From the NCBI GenBank assembly GCA_002937505.1, contig PTJY01000003.1, positions 128,060-192,059 on the forward strand: DNA of 64,000 nucleotides, given 5' to 3'. Made by a program: the position numbers and the translations under genes. The notes below the pieces were generated by a model. That model searched no databases and was not told the DNA's origin. It saw nothing but the letters and a program-made list of their open reading frames with translations. The number at the start of each line of letters is the position of its first letter. Position 1 is the stretch's first letter. The DNA is from Alphaproteobacteria bacterium MarineAlpha12_Bin1. Its GTDB lineage: Bacteria > Pseudomonadota > Alphaproteobacteria > UBA6615. This document shows, piece after piece, positions 49,183-60,176 of the stretch.

Positions 49183-49399
49183 GTATTAACAAAAAACACA
49201 TGCAAATTTTTCATATTAGGAAACACTGTGGTTGACGAATAAACCGATCAATGCCAATTAATCGGAAATAGAAATAAAACAAGGTATACAAATATATACA
49301 ATTTACAAAAAAAAATGAAACAAAACTTTAGAACAATTAATTTTAAGTTTGCTAGATATGTATTTTTGATGTGTCTAAAACTTACGGATAAAGAAGCAC

Positions 49400-51979
49400 A
49401 TGCATGTAGTAGTTGTAGAGTCACCTTCTAAGGCTAAAACTATAAATAAATATCTTGGGGAAGACTATGTGGTGCTTGCTTCATATGGCCATGTTCGAGA
49501 CCTCCCTGCAAAAGATGGCTCGGTTAAACCTGAGGATAATTTCTCTATGGTCTGGCAGGTGGCCGATAATTCAGAAAAACAATTAAAAGAAATAATAAAG
49601 GCCCTTAAAAAAGCTAATACTCTATATTTGGCAACTGACCCCGATCGTGAAGGAGAGGCAATTTCTTGGCATATTGAAGAAATACTCAAAGAAAGAGGTT
49701 TTTTAGATAAAATCGATGTAAAACGAGTTGTATTCAATGAAATAACAGAGACCGCTGTCAAGGAAGCATTTGTTGAGCCTAGAAAGCTGAATTCAGAATT
49801 AGTCGAAGCATACTTAGCTCGCCGCTGTCTTGACTATCTAGTTGGATTTACACTTTCTCCTGTTCTGTGGCGTAAGTTACCCGGCTCAAGATCAGCAGGT
49901 AGAGTACAATCGGTTGCTTTAAGGCTAATTTGCGAACGCGAAGCTGAAATAGAGGTTTTTAACCCAAAAGAATATTGGACAATTAACGCAACTCTAGAAA
50001 ATGTTAATAAACAAGAGTTCACAGCTCAACTTACTCATCTAAATAATGAAAAGGTTCAACGGTATGACCTAGGCAATCAAGAAGCAGCCAGACAAGCTTG
50101 TGTAGCCATAGAAGAAACGCAATTAAAAATACAGAACGTAGAAAAAAAACGTACCAAAAGAAATCCTCAGCCACCCTTTACGACTTCAACACTACAGCAA
50201 GAAGCCTCAAGAAAATTAAAGTTTAGTGCCACCCATACGATGCGAACAGCGCAGCGATTATACGAAGGTATTGATATTCAAGGAGAAACTGTAGGTTTAA
50301 TAACCTATATGAGAACAGACAGCATAACGCTTAGTCAACAGGCTGTAACAGCAACTCGGGAGTTAATAGATATTGACTATGGGGAGGCTTACCTTCCAGA
50401 CAAACCACGTATTTTTCGAACCAAGGCCAAAAATGCGCAGGAAGCACATGAGGCAATAAGGCCAACTGATGTCCTAAAACGACCAAACAGTTTAAAGAAG
50501 TCATTGGGAAAAGACGAGTTTCTTTTGTATGAATTAATATGGCGCAGAACTGTAGCCTCTTCTATGCACGAGGCAGTAATTGATCGTGTTGCAGTTGATA
50601 TTCAGTCTATTGATAAAAGTATCACATTAAGAGCAAATGGATCGACAATTGCCTTTGACGGATTTCTCAAAATATACAGTGAGGATATAGATGATCCTAT
50701 AATTTCAGGACAAGACAACCCATCGGTCGAAGAGGATGTTGATCGACGATTACCAGAACTCAAAAGCGGTGATCCGGTCGTTAAGAAAGAAGTTGTCCCT
50801 AATCAACATTTTACCCAACCTCCACCAAGATTTACAGAAGCTAGTCTTGTCAAGAAACTAGAAGAATTGGGCATAGGAAGACCTTCAACATATGCCTCAA
50901 CGCTTCAAGTCCTCCAGGACCGAAACTATGTGACATTAGAACGGCGCAGGTTTACGCCTGAGGATAGAGGAAGAATAGTAACCAGCTTTCTAACAAAATT
51001 CTTTAATAAATATGTTGAATATGACTTTACAGCTCAGCTTGAAGAGAAACTTGATGAAGTTTCTGATGGAAGCATTGAGTGGAAAAAAGTGTTAAGAGAA
51101 TTCTGGATAGATTTCGAAAAAGCAGTTGAAGAGACAGGAGAGCTAAGATTGCGCTCCGTTATCGACGCTCTTGACGATGAACTTGGAACACATTTCTTTC
51201 CTGCTCGTGAAGATGGATCGGAGCCCCGAAGTTGCCCGGAATGCAAACAAGGGCGATTAGGCTTAAGATTAGGAAAACACGGTCCCTTTATTGGCTGCAC
51301 CGAGTACCCAACCTGCAAATTCACCCGACCTTTATCAATGAGTCAGTCAGAAGAAAATGACTCTACTCCGGATAAAGTCCTGGGCAATGATACAAAAACA
51401 GGAAAGGAAATTAGTCTCCGCAATGGGCGCTATGGCCTTTACGTTCAATTGGGAACAGATCCAGAAGATAAAGGTGAAGACAAACCAAAGCGTACCGCGA
51501 TTCCGAGGGGAATTGATTTTTCCGAGGTTGATCTCCAAATGGCAATTGGATTACTTGATTTACCAAGGGACATAGGGCTTCACCCAGAGGATAATAATAT
51601 GGTTCAAGCTCATTCAGGGCGCTTTGGACCTTACATTAAACATGGAAAGAACACTGCCTCACTGCCAGAGCCTCGTGATGTGCTCAGTATTGGCTTGAAC
51701 CACGCAATAACCCTCTTGGCTGATAAAAGTAAATCCAGAGGTAGAAGTTCCAGAATCTTAAGAGAGCTTGGATTACACCCAAGCGATGAAAAACTAATAA
51801 CCCTACAAGATGGTAGATATGGACCCTATATTAAACACGGAAAGATCAATGCCAGCGTTCCAAAGAGCTATGATTTAGAGAGTCTTACGTTAGATGAAGC
51901 GATCACATTACTTGCCCAAAAGACTATGAAAAAACAATCTAAATCTAGAAAAAAAACCACTAGAAAGAAAAAGGCCTAG
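49400..51979 (+). CDS. topA: DNA topoisomerase I
   Basis: Toprim N-terminus VVVESPSKAKTI. C-terminal Zn ribbon CPECKQG...CTEYPTCKF. Repeated GRYGPYIKHGK modules. 859 aa. Confidence 0.9.
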   Translation: MHVVVVESPSKAKTINKYLGEDYVVLASYGHVRDLPAKDGSVKPEDNFSMVWQVADNSEKQLKEIIKALKKANTLYLATDPDREGEAISWHIEEILKERGFLDKIDVKRVVFNEITETAVKEAFVEPRKLNSELVEAYLARRCLDYLVGFTLSPVLWRKLPGSRSAGRVQSVALRLICEREAEIEVFNPKEYWTINATLENVNKQEFTAQLTHLNNEKVQRYDLGNQEAARQACVAIEETQLKIQNVEKKRTKRNPQPPFTTSTLQQEASRKLKFSATHTMRTAQRLYEGIDIQGETVGLITYMRTDSITLSQQAVTATRELIDIDYGEAYLPDKPRIFRTKAKNAQEAHEAIRPTDVLKRPNSLKKSLGKDEFLLYELIWRRTVASSMHEAVIDRVAVDIQSIDKSITLRANGSTIAFDGFLKIYSEDIDDPIISGQDNPSVEEDVDRRLPELKSGDPVVKKEVVPNQHFTQPPPRFTEASLVKKLEELGIGRPSTYASTLQVLQDRNYVTLERRRFTPEDRGRIVTSFLTKFFNKYVEYDFTAQLEEKLDEVSDGSIEWKKVLREFWIDFEKAVEETGELRLRSVIDALDDELGTHFFPAREDGSEPRSCPECKQGRLGLRLGKHGPFIGCTEYPTCKFTRPLSMSQSEENDSTPDKVLGNDTKTGKEISLRNGRYGLYVQLGTDPEDKGEDKPKRTAIPRGIDFSEVDLQMAIGLLDLPRDIGLHPEDNNMVQAHSGRFGPYIKHGKNTASLPEPRDVLSIGLNHAITLLADKSKSRGRSSRILRELGLHPSDEKLITLQDGRYGPYIKHGKINASVPKSYDLESLTLDEAITLLAQKTMKKQSKSRKKTTRKKKA

Positions 51980-51987
51980 CAAAAAGC

Positions 51988-54183
51988 TTGGTAACGTCCA
52001 AAAAAAGTAGAGCTTTCAGAAGCAAGTTGCCGAGCAAAGAAGAGCTATATTCCTTTATACAAAAACAGAATAATGGAATATTACGACGAGAAATTGCTAA
52101 GGCTTACCAAATAAAGGGAACTCTACGAACTCAGCTCAGAGCTTTAATTAAAGAGCTAAAAAACCAAGGACTAATAGAGAAAACAAGAAGTAGACGTTGG
52201 ATATCAACCGATAATTTTTCAGGCATTAAAGAACTAGAGGTCTATGACCTTGACAGTGATGGTGAACCACTAATTAGACCTGTAGGTTGGGAACATAAAC
52301 TCCAATTGCCTGAGATTTTTTTAAAAATCCAAAACGATAATTTACCCGCCCCCGGTATAGGTGACATACTTCTTTGTCGATTAGAAAAAAATGAACAAGG
52401 CCACCATTCTGCAAAACTAATTCGTCAAATAGATAAAACTCCTGAAAAAATAGTCGGTGTATACCAAAAAACTCTAGATGGCGGAATTGTTATACCTGCT
52501 GATAGACATACCTCAAAAGAGTATAGAGTTAACGAAAGCAGTACGAATGACAAATTTGACGGAGAGCTGGTTGTTGCTAGTTTTTTACATACAAAAAATA
52601 AAATCAGAGAAATAAAAATTATTGAAAGGATCGGCAACGCGTCTGACCCAAGGGCAATTAGTCTAATCGCTATACATAGAGCGAATATTAGAAACGAGTT
52701 TTCAAAAAACATTCTAGAAGATGCTAAAAAACTGTCTTCTCCCACTATTCAAAATCGCACAGATTTGCGTAACGTTCCATTAATAACGATAGATGGAGAA
52801 GACGCACGAGATTTCGACGATGCAGTTTTTGCCGAGCCAGATACTGATAAAAAAAATCCTGGTGGATGGCACTTGATTGTAGCTGTAGCTGACGTAGCCT
52901 GGTTTGTTAGATCGGGGACACCCATTGATCTTGAAGCATACAAGCGCTCTAACTCTGTGTACTTTCCGGACCGAGTTGTCCCAATGCTACCTGAAATAAT
53001 ATCAAATAATTTTTGTTCTCTATTACCTTATGAGGACCGCCCTTGCATCGCAGTTGACTTATGGATTGATAATGATGGAAACCTAAAACAACATCTTTTT
53101 CGTCGTGTCCTAATTAAATCACACGGCCGTTTCACCTACGAGCAGGTTGAAAAAGCATGTGATTCGAATACCCCATTAAATCTAAAAGACACAATTAAAA
53201 ATTTATTTGCAGCTTACAAGACCCTTGAAAAGGCAAGAATAAAAAGGAAGGCATTAGAACTTAATTTGCCCGAGAGCAAGGTGGTTTTTAATTCAAACGG
53301 TCGAGTCAAATCTTTTGAAACAATAAAACGGCTTGAGAGCCATAAAATGATCGAGGAATTCATGATCACTGCCAATGTTGCCGCAGGATTAGAACTCACA
53401 GACTTAAAACAGCCAACTATGTATCGAATTCATGATGAGCCTGACATCGAAAAGACAAGAGAACTTTTATCAACCCTTAAGGAGTTTGGTTATAAGCTTC
53501 CTAACTCTAAGCTATTGGGCACAGCAGACTTTAACTCAATAATAAGTAAATTGTCTGACAAAAAACATAAAAACCTTATTCAAGAATTAATTCTACGCTG
53601 CCAAAGTCGTGCGGAATATAGCCCCGAAAATATAGGTCATTTTGGTCTAAACCTTCCAACTTACGCCCATTTTACTTCACCAATACGTCGCTATGCTGAT
53701 CTTCTTGTTCATAGAGCATTGATTACTGGATTGAATTTTAGCAAAACAAAAAAATCAAATGAAAATCTATCTGAAGAATTCGCTCAAACATTTGTTGAGG
53801 TAGGAAAAAAAATATCAGCTAATGAAAGACAAGCCATTAGCGCTGAAAGAGATGCAAATGACCGCTACTCAGCTTCTTATCTGGAAGATCACATTGGAGA
53901 AACATATAAAGGATCAATCAGAGGGGTATCAAGATCAGGGTTATTTATAACAATTGATAAATCCAAAGCAGATGGATTCGCACCAATTACCAAATTGCCA
54001 GGTAGAGGTTATAAATTTGATTCAATCAAAAAATGTTTAGTTAATCGTCAGAAGGGTTCATCTTATAACCTGGGCGATAGTGTGCTACTCCGGGTCATCG
54101 AAGCCAGCGCATTTAAATCAACGGTTATATTTGAAGTTTTGAATAACAAATCAATGAAAAGCAAAAAAAAACAAAAAAAATGA
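51988..54183 (+). CDS. rnr: ribonuclease R
   Basis: RNB catalytic domain (DGEDARDFDDAV). C-terminal S1 and a Lys-rich tail. TTG start 9 nt after the topA stop. No in-frame ATG lies near. Confidence 0.85.
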   Translation: MVTSKKSRAFRSKLPSKEELYSFIQKQNNGILRREIAKAYQIKGTLRTQLRALIKELKNQGLIEKTRSRRWISTDNFSGIKELEVYDLDSDGEPLIRPVGWEHKLQLPEIFLKIQNDNLPAPGIGDILLCRLEKNEQGHHSAKLIRQIDKTPEKIVGVYQKTLDGGIVIPADRHTSKEYRVNESSTNDKFDGELVVASFLHTKNKIREIKIIERIGNASDPRAISLIAIHRANIRNEFSKNILEDAKKLSSPTIQNRTDLRNVPLITIDGEDARDFDDAVFAEPDTDKKNPGGWHLIVAVADVAWFVRSGTPIDLEAYKRSNSVYFPDRVVPMLPEIISNNFCSLLPYEDRPCIAVDLWIDNDGNLKQHLFRRVLIKSHGRFTYEQVEKACDSNTPLNLKDTIKNLFAAYKTLEKARIKRKALELNLPESKVVFNSNGRVKSFETIKRLESHKMIEEFMITANVAAGLELTDLKQPTMYRIHDEPDIEKTRELLSTLKEFGYKLPNSKLLGTADFNSIISKLSDKKHKNLIQELILRCQSRAEYSPENIGHFGLNLPTYAHFTSPIRRYADLLVHRALITGLNFSKTKKSNENLSEEFAQTFVEVGKKISANERQAISAERDANDRYSASYLEDHIGETYKGSIRGVSRSGLFITIDKSKADGFAPITKLPGRGYKFDSIKKCLVNRQKGSSYNLGDSVLLRVIEASAFKSTVIFEVLNNKSMKSKKKQKK

Positions 54184-54203
54184 ATCATGAAGTGACCTAG
54201 AGC

Positions 54204-54231
54204 TTGACAGAGAAAAATGCATCGCTATGTT
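54204..54231 (+). promoter_or_regulatory. sigma70-like promoter candidate for rpmG (TTGACA-N16-TATGTT)
   Basis: TTGACA at 54204-54209 and TATGTT at 54226-54231, about 45 nt upstream of the rpmG ATG. Confidence 0.35.
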
Positions 54232-54274
54232 CACTAGCAATAATCCATTGGTTTAAAATCTTAGGAAGAAATTA

Positions 54275-54442
54275 ATGGCAAAATCAAATACTGTTTTAGT
54301 CAAATTGGTAAGCTCAGCGGATACAGGATACTACTACGTAGCAAAAAAGAATCCTCGAAAAATGCCGGATAAAATAGAGCTCAAAAAATATGACCCTAAA
54401 GCTCGAAAACATGTTTTATTTAAAGAAGAAAAAATGAAATAA
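54275..54442 (+). CDS. rpmG: 50S ribosomal protein L33
   Basis: 55-aa [67 protein letters not shown] sequence. Absent from the ORF track because it is shorter than 60 aa. Confidence 0.85.
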   Translation: MAKSNTVLVKLVSSADTGYYYVAKKNPRKMPDKIELKKYDPKARKHVLFKEEKMK

Positions 54443-54465
54443 ATTGTAATAGCTAAGTTACACTT

Positions 54466-54490
54466 AAAACCGCCTCTAGGGCGGTTTTTG
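54466..54490 (+). terminator. rho-independent terminator after rpmG
   Basis: AAAACCGCC-tcta-GGGCGG followed by TTTTTGTTTT. Confidence 0.65.
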
Positions 54491-54587
54491 TTTTATACAC
54501 GTATTATTTTTAACATAATTTCTAAGTAACAATTTAGTGATTTAATTGAAACAATTCTCGTTTTGACCTACAAACTACATCTAATTA

Positions 54588-55409
54588 TCAGCAAATTTCT
54601 TTTTCTAATTCTTGAATTTTAATTAAAGTTGCTGTCATTGAAAAATCGCTATAATCAAAAACAAACTTTCGTACAACCCCATTGTCTTGTAGATCCTGAG
54701 TCATCTCAAATTCAGGACTAATTTTGTCTTTGTTTTTTGAAAATAAAGCCAAACGCACCTTCCACCATTTTCTTTCAGTAAGTTTTCCCAAACTGATTCC
54801 GAGTCCCTCTGAAGGTGATCTTGCCTTTCCTAAAATCATCAGAGTCGATTTTTTTGGAGAAATGCTTGGTTGGGACCCATCAAAATAGTAACCAGATTCT
54901 TGCCTAGTCCCCGTTTTTACAGAATCGATAATAGAAAGAGTATGTTCATAAGGAAACATTGTCTTACCTGGAAACTTAATAGTTCTATTTAATGGTAATT
55001 CATAGGTTGCAATCCCGGGCATCCCGCGGGCCGCTCTTTTCGCTATACCTCTAACTTCTTCAATCACCTTTCCTCCCACGATTGACTTGGAAAAAAATTT
55101 ATAAATTTTACCATCTAAACTTTCAAAGGTATTTGTGTTCACCTGAGAGTTAATTTTTTTCCCACTTAGGTCTTTCATAATAAGAACCATCCTCTGTTTC
55201 GAGGACCACCCATGACAACTATGACTCCATTCAGCCACTAATCGCCCTTGTATGTTTAAGAGGGTAGATGAAGGATCACGCTTAGATAGTTTGAGTTCAT
55301 AAAAGCCAATGTGTGGAACATGGCTTTGTTCTGAAGCATTCGCAACAGGGCTAGAATCGCATAAAATAGCGATCCAAAAGATCAAAAAAGTAAGGACATC
55401 AGATATCAT
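54588..55409 (-). CDS. secreted protein, possibly DUF1849/EipB-like cell-envelope integrity protein
   Basis: Signal peptide with VANA-SEQ cleavage-like site. 273 aa. Cys at about residue 65 and at the extreme C-terminus (…KEIC). This recalls the conserved disulfide pair I recall for Brucella EipB. Assignment tentative. Confidence 0.35.
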   Translation of the reverse strand: MISDVLTFLIFWIAILCDSSPVANASEQSHVPHIGFYELKLSKRDPSSTLLNIQGRLVAEWSHSCHGWSSKQRMVLIMKDLSGKKINSQVNTNTFESLDGKIYKFFSKSIVGGKVIEEVRGIAKRAARGMPGIATYELPLNRTIKFPGKTMFPYEHTLSIIDSVKTGTRQESGYYFDGSQPSISPKKSTLMILGKARSPSEGLGISLGKLTERKWWKVRLALFSKNKDKISPEFEMTQDLQDNGVVRKFVFDYSDFSMTATLIKIQELEKEIC

Positions 55410-55472
55410 TTAATCCTTATGCTTCATTAAAAAACCAATATTGATAAATTTATAATAAACCCTGTTACTGTT

Positions 55473-57266
55473 TTACTTTTTTGTTGGTAAAACTGATTTT
55501 ATGTGTAACTCGCGCAAATGCTCTTTAGAAACCTCAGCAGGAGCTTGCATTAATAAGTCTTCAGCGCGCTGATTCATTGGAAATGCTATTACCTCTCTTA
55601 TGTTTGGTTCATTAGCAAGCAACATAACGATACGATCAATGCCAGGCGCAGAGCCTCCATGAGGTGGGGCGCCATATTTTAGTGCATTTAGCATGCCACC
55701 AAATTGAGCTTCTAGTTCCTCTTGACCATAACCAGCTATTTCAAATGCTTTCACCATAATCTCTGGCTTATGATTTCGTATCGCACCAGAACTCAGTTCG
55801 ACGCCATTGCAAACTATGTCGTATTGATAAGCTAAAATATCCAGTGGCTCAGTGCTTTCAAGAGCCTCCAAGCCTCCTTGGGGCATAGAAAACGGATTAT
55901 GGCTAAACTCTAACTCATTAGTCGTCTCATTGCATTCATACATAGGATAGTCAACAATCCAACAGAATGAAAATTCATTAGTATTTAATAGACTTAAATC
56001 TTCTCCAATCCGTGTTCTTGCCAAACCTGCCAATGGAACAACATCCTTAACTTTACCAGCAACAAAAAAAAGTACATCTCCATCTAATAGCTCAAAAGAT
56101 TCTATCAATAATTTAATTTCTTTTTCTGATAGAAACTTTGCTATTGGTCCTTTAGCTTCTTTATCTTCAAAGATAACATAACCAAGTCCTGGCGCACCCT
56201 GTTCACGCGCCCATTCATTTAGGCGATCAAACCAACTACGTGGTTGTTTTGCAGCGCCTGGCGCAGGAATAGCACGCACGACGCCCCCATTTTTAATGGC
56301 CCCAGAAAAAACTTTAAAGTTTGATTCTGAAAAAATTTCGGATACGTCCTTAACAATCAGCGGGTTGCGTAGATCCGGCTTATCAGTTCCATACATAAGC
56401 ATAGAATCTTTATATGAAATGCGGGGGAATGGCGAACTAGTAACAGACCATGGATCATTTTTTTTATAATTAGAGAACTCTTTAAAAACACCAGATAAAA
56501 CTGGCTCTATAGTTGAGAGAACATCCTCTTGTGTGACGAAGCTCATCTCAAAATCAAGCTGGTAAAACTCCCCTGGAGACCTATCCGCTCGTCCATCTTC
56601 ATCCCTAAAACAGGGCGCAATTTGAAAATAGCGGTCAAACCCTGCGACCATTAATAATTGCTTAAACTGTTGCGGAGCTTGCGGTAGTGCATAGAATTTT
56701 CCTGGGTGTAGTCTTGATGGTACTAAATAATCGCGAGCCCCCTCAGGACTGGACGCTGTGAGTATAGGAGTTTGAAACTCAACGAAGTCTGCTTCTATCA
56801 TTCGTCTTCTTATAGACGCAATAACTTGATTTCGGAGTAATATATTCGACTTGACCTTTTCACGGCGCAAATCCAAGTAACGAAAATTCAGACGTATTTC
56901 CTCACCCGTATCTTCTTCTGAGTTTACCTGCAAAGGAAGAGCCGCGGATGATGATTCGATCACAGCTTCTTCGATTTTTACTTCCACTAAACCAGTAGGG
57001 AGAGATTCATTTATTGTATCGCTCGTCCTTTCAACGACCAAACCAGTGACTGTTAAAACAGATTCTAGCCTTGCTCCCTCTATAATTTCAAATAGATCGC
57101 TAGATGTATCAATGACACACTGAGTCAGACCATTCTGGTCACGAAGATCAACAAATAATAAATTACCATGGTCTCGTTTTCGATGAATCCAACCAGATAG
57201 CCGAACATTCTGTCCAGCATTATTCGATCTTAATTCGTTACAGTTATGTGTTCTATATGGATGCAT
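55473..57266 (-). CDS. aspS: aspartate--tRNA ligase
   Basis: 597 aa. Class II motifs FRDE and GGGIDR-like [10 protein letters not shown]-terminal OB fold. Confidence 0.9.
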   Translation of the reverse strand: MHPYRTHNCNELRSNNAGQNVRLSGWIHRKRDHGNLLFVDLRDQNGLTQCVIDTSSDLFEIIEGARLESVLTVTGLVVERTSDTINESLPTGLVEVKIEEAVIESSSAALPLQVNSEEDTGEEIRLNFRYLDLRREKVKSNILLRNQVIASIRRRMIEADFVEFQTPILTASSPEGARDYLVPSRLHPGKFYALPQAPQQFKQLLMVAGFDRYFQIAPCFRDEDGRADRSPGEFYQLDFEMSFVTQEDVLSTIEPVLSGVFKEFSNYKKNDPWSVTSSPFPRISYKDSMLMYGTDKPDLRNPLIVKDVSEIFSESNFKVFSGAIKNGGVVRAIPAPGAAKQPRSWFDRLNEWAREQGAPGLGYVIFEDKEAKGPIAKFLSEKEIKLLIESFELLDGDVLFFVAGKVKDVVPLAGLARTRIGEDLSLLNTNEFSFCWIVDYPMYECNETTNELEFSHNPFSMPQGGLEALESTEPLDILAYQYDIVCNGVELSSGAIRNHKPEIMVKAFEIAGYGQEELEAQFGGMLNALKYGAPPHGGSAPGIDRIVMLLANEPNIREVIAFPMNQRAEDLLMQAPAEVSKEHLRELHIKSVLPTKK

Positions 57267-57405
57267 GTAAACCCTCGGTAATTACTATCTTTCTCTCAAT
57301 GGCCATGGAACGGTAGTCCATGTCAACCCGTTGTTTTAACTATTGCTAGACAGTTAAGCAACTGGCCACTTTAAGAGCAGGACGAATCCGTGTTAAAAAG
57401 CTTTA

Positions 57406-58611
57406 ATGACCATTATAAACAATCCAAAAGAACTACAAGAAGCTTGCAACAAACTAGTTGAGGCTCAATATATAACCGTAGATACGGAGTTTATGCGAGA
57501 AAGCACCTTTTGGCCTCAGCTATGCTTAATACAAATTGGTGGTCCAAAATTTGCATTTGCAATAGACCCTCTCGAAAATAACATGAACTTGAATCCTGTA
57601 ATGGAGTTATTTGCTAACAAAAATATCACCAAAGTCATGCATGCAGCACGTCAAGACATGGAAATTTTCTATCACATTAATGGAAAATTACCGGAACCCC
57701 TCTTTGACACGCAAATAGCAGCAATGGTTTGCGGTTTTGGTGATCAGGTTGGCTATGAAGCGCTAATTTCTAGGCTAACTGGTAAAAAAGTCGATAAATC
57801 TTCACGATTCACTAATTGGGCACACAGGCCACTGACCAATGAACAAATTAAATACGCTTTGGCAGACGTCACACACCTAAGAGACGCCTACGAAATACTA
57901 TTGTCTAGGATTAAAAACACAGGTCGCTTAGAATGGATAAAATCTGAAATTGATCAACTATGTAATCCTAAGCTATATCATGTAACACCTAATGAAGCAT
58001 GGAAAAGGCTAAAATATAAGCGGTACGAGCCACGTTATTTATCAGTTTTACAAGCAGCTGCTGCATGGCGAGAAAATGAGGCTATGTCTCGTAACATCCC
58101 CCGCAACAGAGTTTTAAGAGATGAAATCATTTTACAGCTCGCGGCAAAGCCACCAACTGATGTCAGCTCCCTTTCTCTTGTAAGAGGGCTCTCAGAATCC
58201 TTCACAAAAAGCCTTATGGGGGATTCTTTATTAAAAGCAATTTCAGAGGGCATCAAGTTGCCTATTGAACTCGCTCCTAAGGCGCCAATGAAAACTGACT
58301 TACCTTCAGGAATAGGCCCCATATGTGATCTTTTAAAAGTGCTGCTAAAACTTAAATGTGAAGAATACCATGTTGCACAGAAATTAGTGGCAAATAGCTC
58401 TGATATTGAAAGGATTGCCGCAGACGATAATGCAGATGTTCCCGCTTTAAAGGGTTGGAGAAGAAATTTATTCGGAAAAGAAGCGTTAAAATTGAAAAAT
58501 GGAGAGATTGCACTTTCCGCGTCTGGAAAGTCATTGAAAATTTTAAATGTTGATCAAACTAGTAAAAGAAAAAAAACAGCTCCAAATAAAAAACAGATCA
58601 AAAAAGTTTAG
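57406..58611 (+). CDS. rnd: ribonuclease D
   Basis: DEDDy exonuclease motif ITVDTEFMRE, HRDC region. 401 aa. Confidence 0.8.
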   Translation: MTIINNPKELQEACNKLVEAQYITVDTEFMRESTFWPQLCLIQIGGPKFAFAIDPLENNMNLNPVMELFANKNITKVMHAARQDMEIFYHINGKLPEPLFDTQIAAMVCGFGDQVGYEALISRLTGKKVDKSSRFTNWAHRPLTNEQIKYALADVTHLRDAYEILLSRIKNTGRLEWIKSEIDQLCNPKLYHVTPNEAWKRLKYKRYEPRYLSVLQAAAAWRENEAMSRNIPRNRVLRDEIILQLAAKPPTDVSSLSLVRGLSESFTKSLMGDSLLKAISEGIKLPIELAPKAPMKTDLPSGIGPICDLLKVLLKLKCEEYHVAQKLVANSSDIERIAADDNADVPALKGWRRNLFGKEALKLKNGEIALSASGKSLKILNVDQTSKRKKTAPNKKQIKKV

Positions 58612-58661
58612 AAGAAACAATTTCTAAAACAGAAAAATAATCAGATAATTAAACACTGATA

Positions 58662-60170
58662 TTATTTGATTGACAGTTGATGTGATTTATTCATCTGTGC
58701 AGCCAGCTGAGAAAGTCGTTTTCTGACAACATCTGATACGAGAGAAGAAATTGATCTATCAACTTCTAAATGGACCCTTCTATTACTAGCCCTTAAACTA
58801 CTCCCATCAAGCAAATCTAATTGTCCCCCGGATAACGTCTCGGCCAGGCGAAGTGCGTTACCTAGCCTTGTTGACCAATCTATGTGTGTAACATCTAGCA
58901 GCTTATTTACGACACTCAACGAGCTACTTTCCATATTACCTCCGTAACGACGATAAACAGCTAGCGCCAATGTGGCCTTTTCCTCATGAGTTACAGCTAT
59001 CAAAGGTAATCTTAAAATACGAAAAAAAACCTGCTCGGCCCGATAATCAGGATGCTCATGCCAACCAATATCCGCCAAAAGACAAACAGATAACCTTAAT
59101 CTATTCATTTGGGTTCCTTCATCAATAAATAGTGGAGCCACCCAATTGAACAATTTATTGGATCCTGGCATGAACCGGGACTCACGAATTGCAATATCAT
59201 GACATGCAATTATTAAGGGGTCAGAGGCCTTTTCTGACTTCTTTAATCGATCAAATAAAACTCCTTCACGTACGCCTAAAGCAGAAAAAACTACTTCATG
59301 AGGAGAAAGTTCCCTGATTAGGCGGTGCATAATTAAGGCCGCAACTGGCAAAGATTCTGCTCTTTGTGAAGAGATAGACTCATCAAAGGGTAAGCTAGCT
59401 TGGCTTAAACCGCCAATAACTTGACAAAAATCGAGTGCTACATCTGCCTTCATAGAGTAATTATGAACAACACTTAGTGGATAGCCCGATTGAGCGATAT
59501 GAAGTCTAGCTATCGCTCGCCAAGCACCCCCGAAAGCATAGAAAAAACGAAGCCCGCTCATATCAGATAACCAACGTGCTTCTTCAATAATGCTATCAAT
59601 CCTACTCTTTAATGGGACTTTTCTGGAGCCCAAATCGGATAGCAACCTGAGGTGACCAAGGGGAAGACTTACGCCAGATTTAAAAACTCCTTTATCTACT
59701 CTTGCCAGTTCTAAACTTCCACCGCCCAAGTCGCCTGTAATTCCATCTGCGTCAGGCATCCCACAGATAATACCATTCGCCCCCAAGCGAGTTTCTTGCT
59801 GCGCATCTAACTGTTTCACAGATTTTTTAAAAAGTTTTTCTACTTCAAAAATAAACTTTCTACCATCCTGAGCCTCTCGAGTTGCTGCGGTAGCAAAAAT
59901 ATTCAAATCTTTAATGTCCATTGCCTTCGTTAAGGCTGCAAATCGTGGAAGGCATTTAAGGGCTCGTTTAACTCCTTTAGGGTCTAAACGTCCAGTTTTT
60001 TGCAGTCCCCTGCCTATTCCACAAATTACTCTCTCATTAAAGACAGGCATTAAGGCACGTGATCTACTTTGATAGACTACGAGCCTTATAGAATTAGATC
60101 CTATATCTAGAACCCCTACAGGTTTCAGCTTTAAAGATTTAGTGTTTAAAGCCATCAGAATGGCAACCAA
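58662..60170 (-). CDS. ppx: exopolyphosphatase (Ppx/GppA family)
   Basis: LDIGSNSIRLVVY actin-like ATPase fold motif. 6 nt downstream of ppk. Confidence 0.8.
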   Translation of the reverse strand: MVAILMALNTKSLKLKPVGVLDIGSNSIRLVVYQSRSRALMPVFNERVICGIGRGLQKTGRLDPKGVKRALKCLPRFAALTKAMDIKDLNIFATAATREAQDGRKFIFEVEKLFKKSVKQLDAQQETRLGANGIICGMPDADGITGDLGGGSLELARVDKGVFKSGVSLPLGHLRLLSDLGSRKVPLKSRIDSIIEEARWLSDMSGLRFFYAFGGAWRAIARLHIAQSGYPLSVVHNYSMKADVALDFCQVIGGLSQASLPFDESISSQRAESLPVAALIMHRLIRELSPHEVVFSALGVREGVLFDRLKKSEKASDPLIIACHDIAIRESRFMPGSNKLFNWVAPLFIDEGTQMNRLRLSVCLLADIGWHEHPDYRAEQVFFRILRLPLIAVTHEEKATLALAVYRRYGGNMESSSLSVVNKLLDVTHIDWSTRLGNALRLAETLSGGQLDLLDGSSLRASNRRVHLEVDRSISSLVSDVVRKRLSQLAAQMNKSHQLSIK

Positions 60171-60176
60171 ATATAA

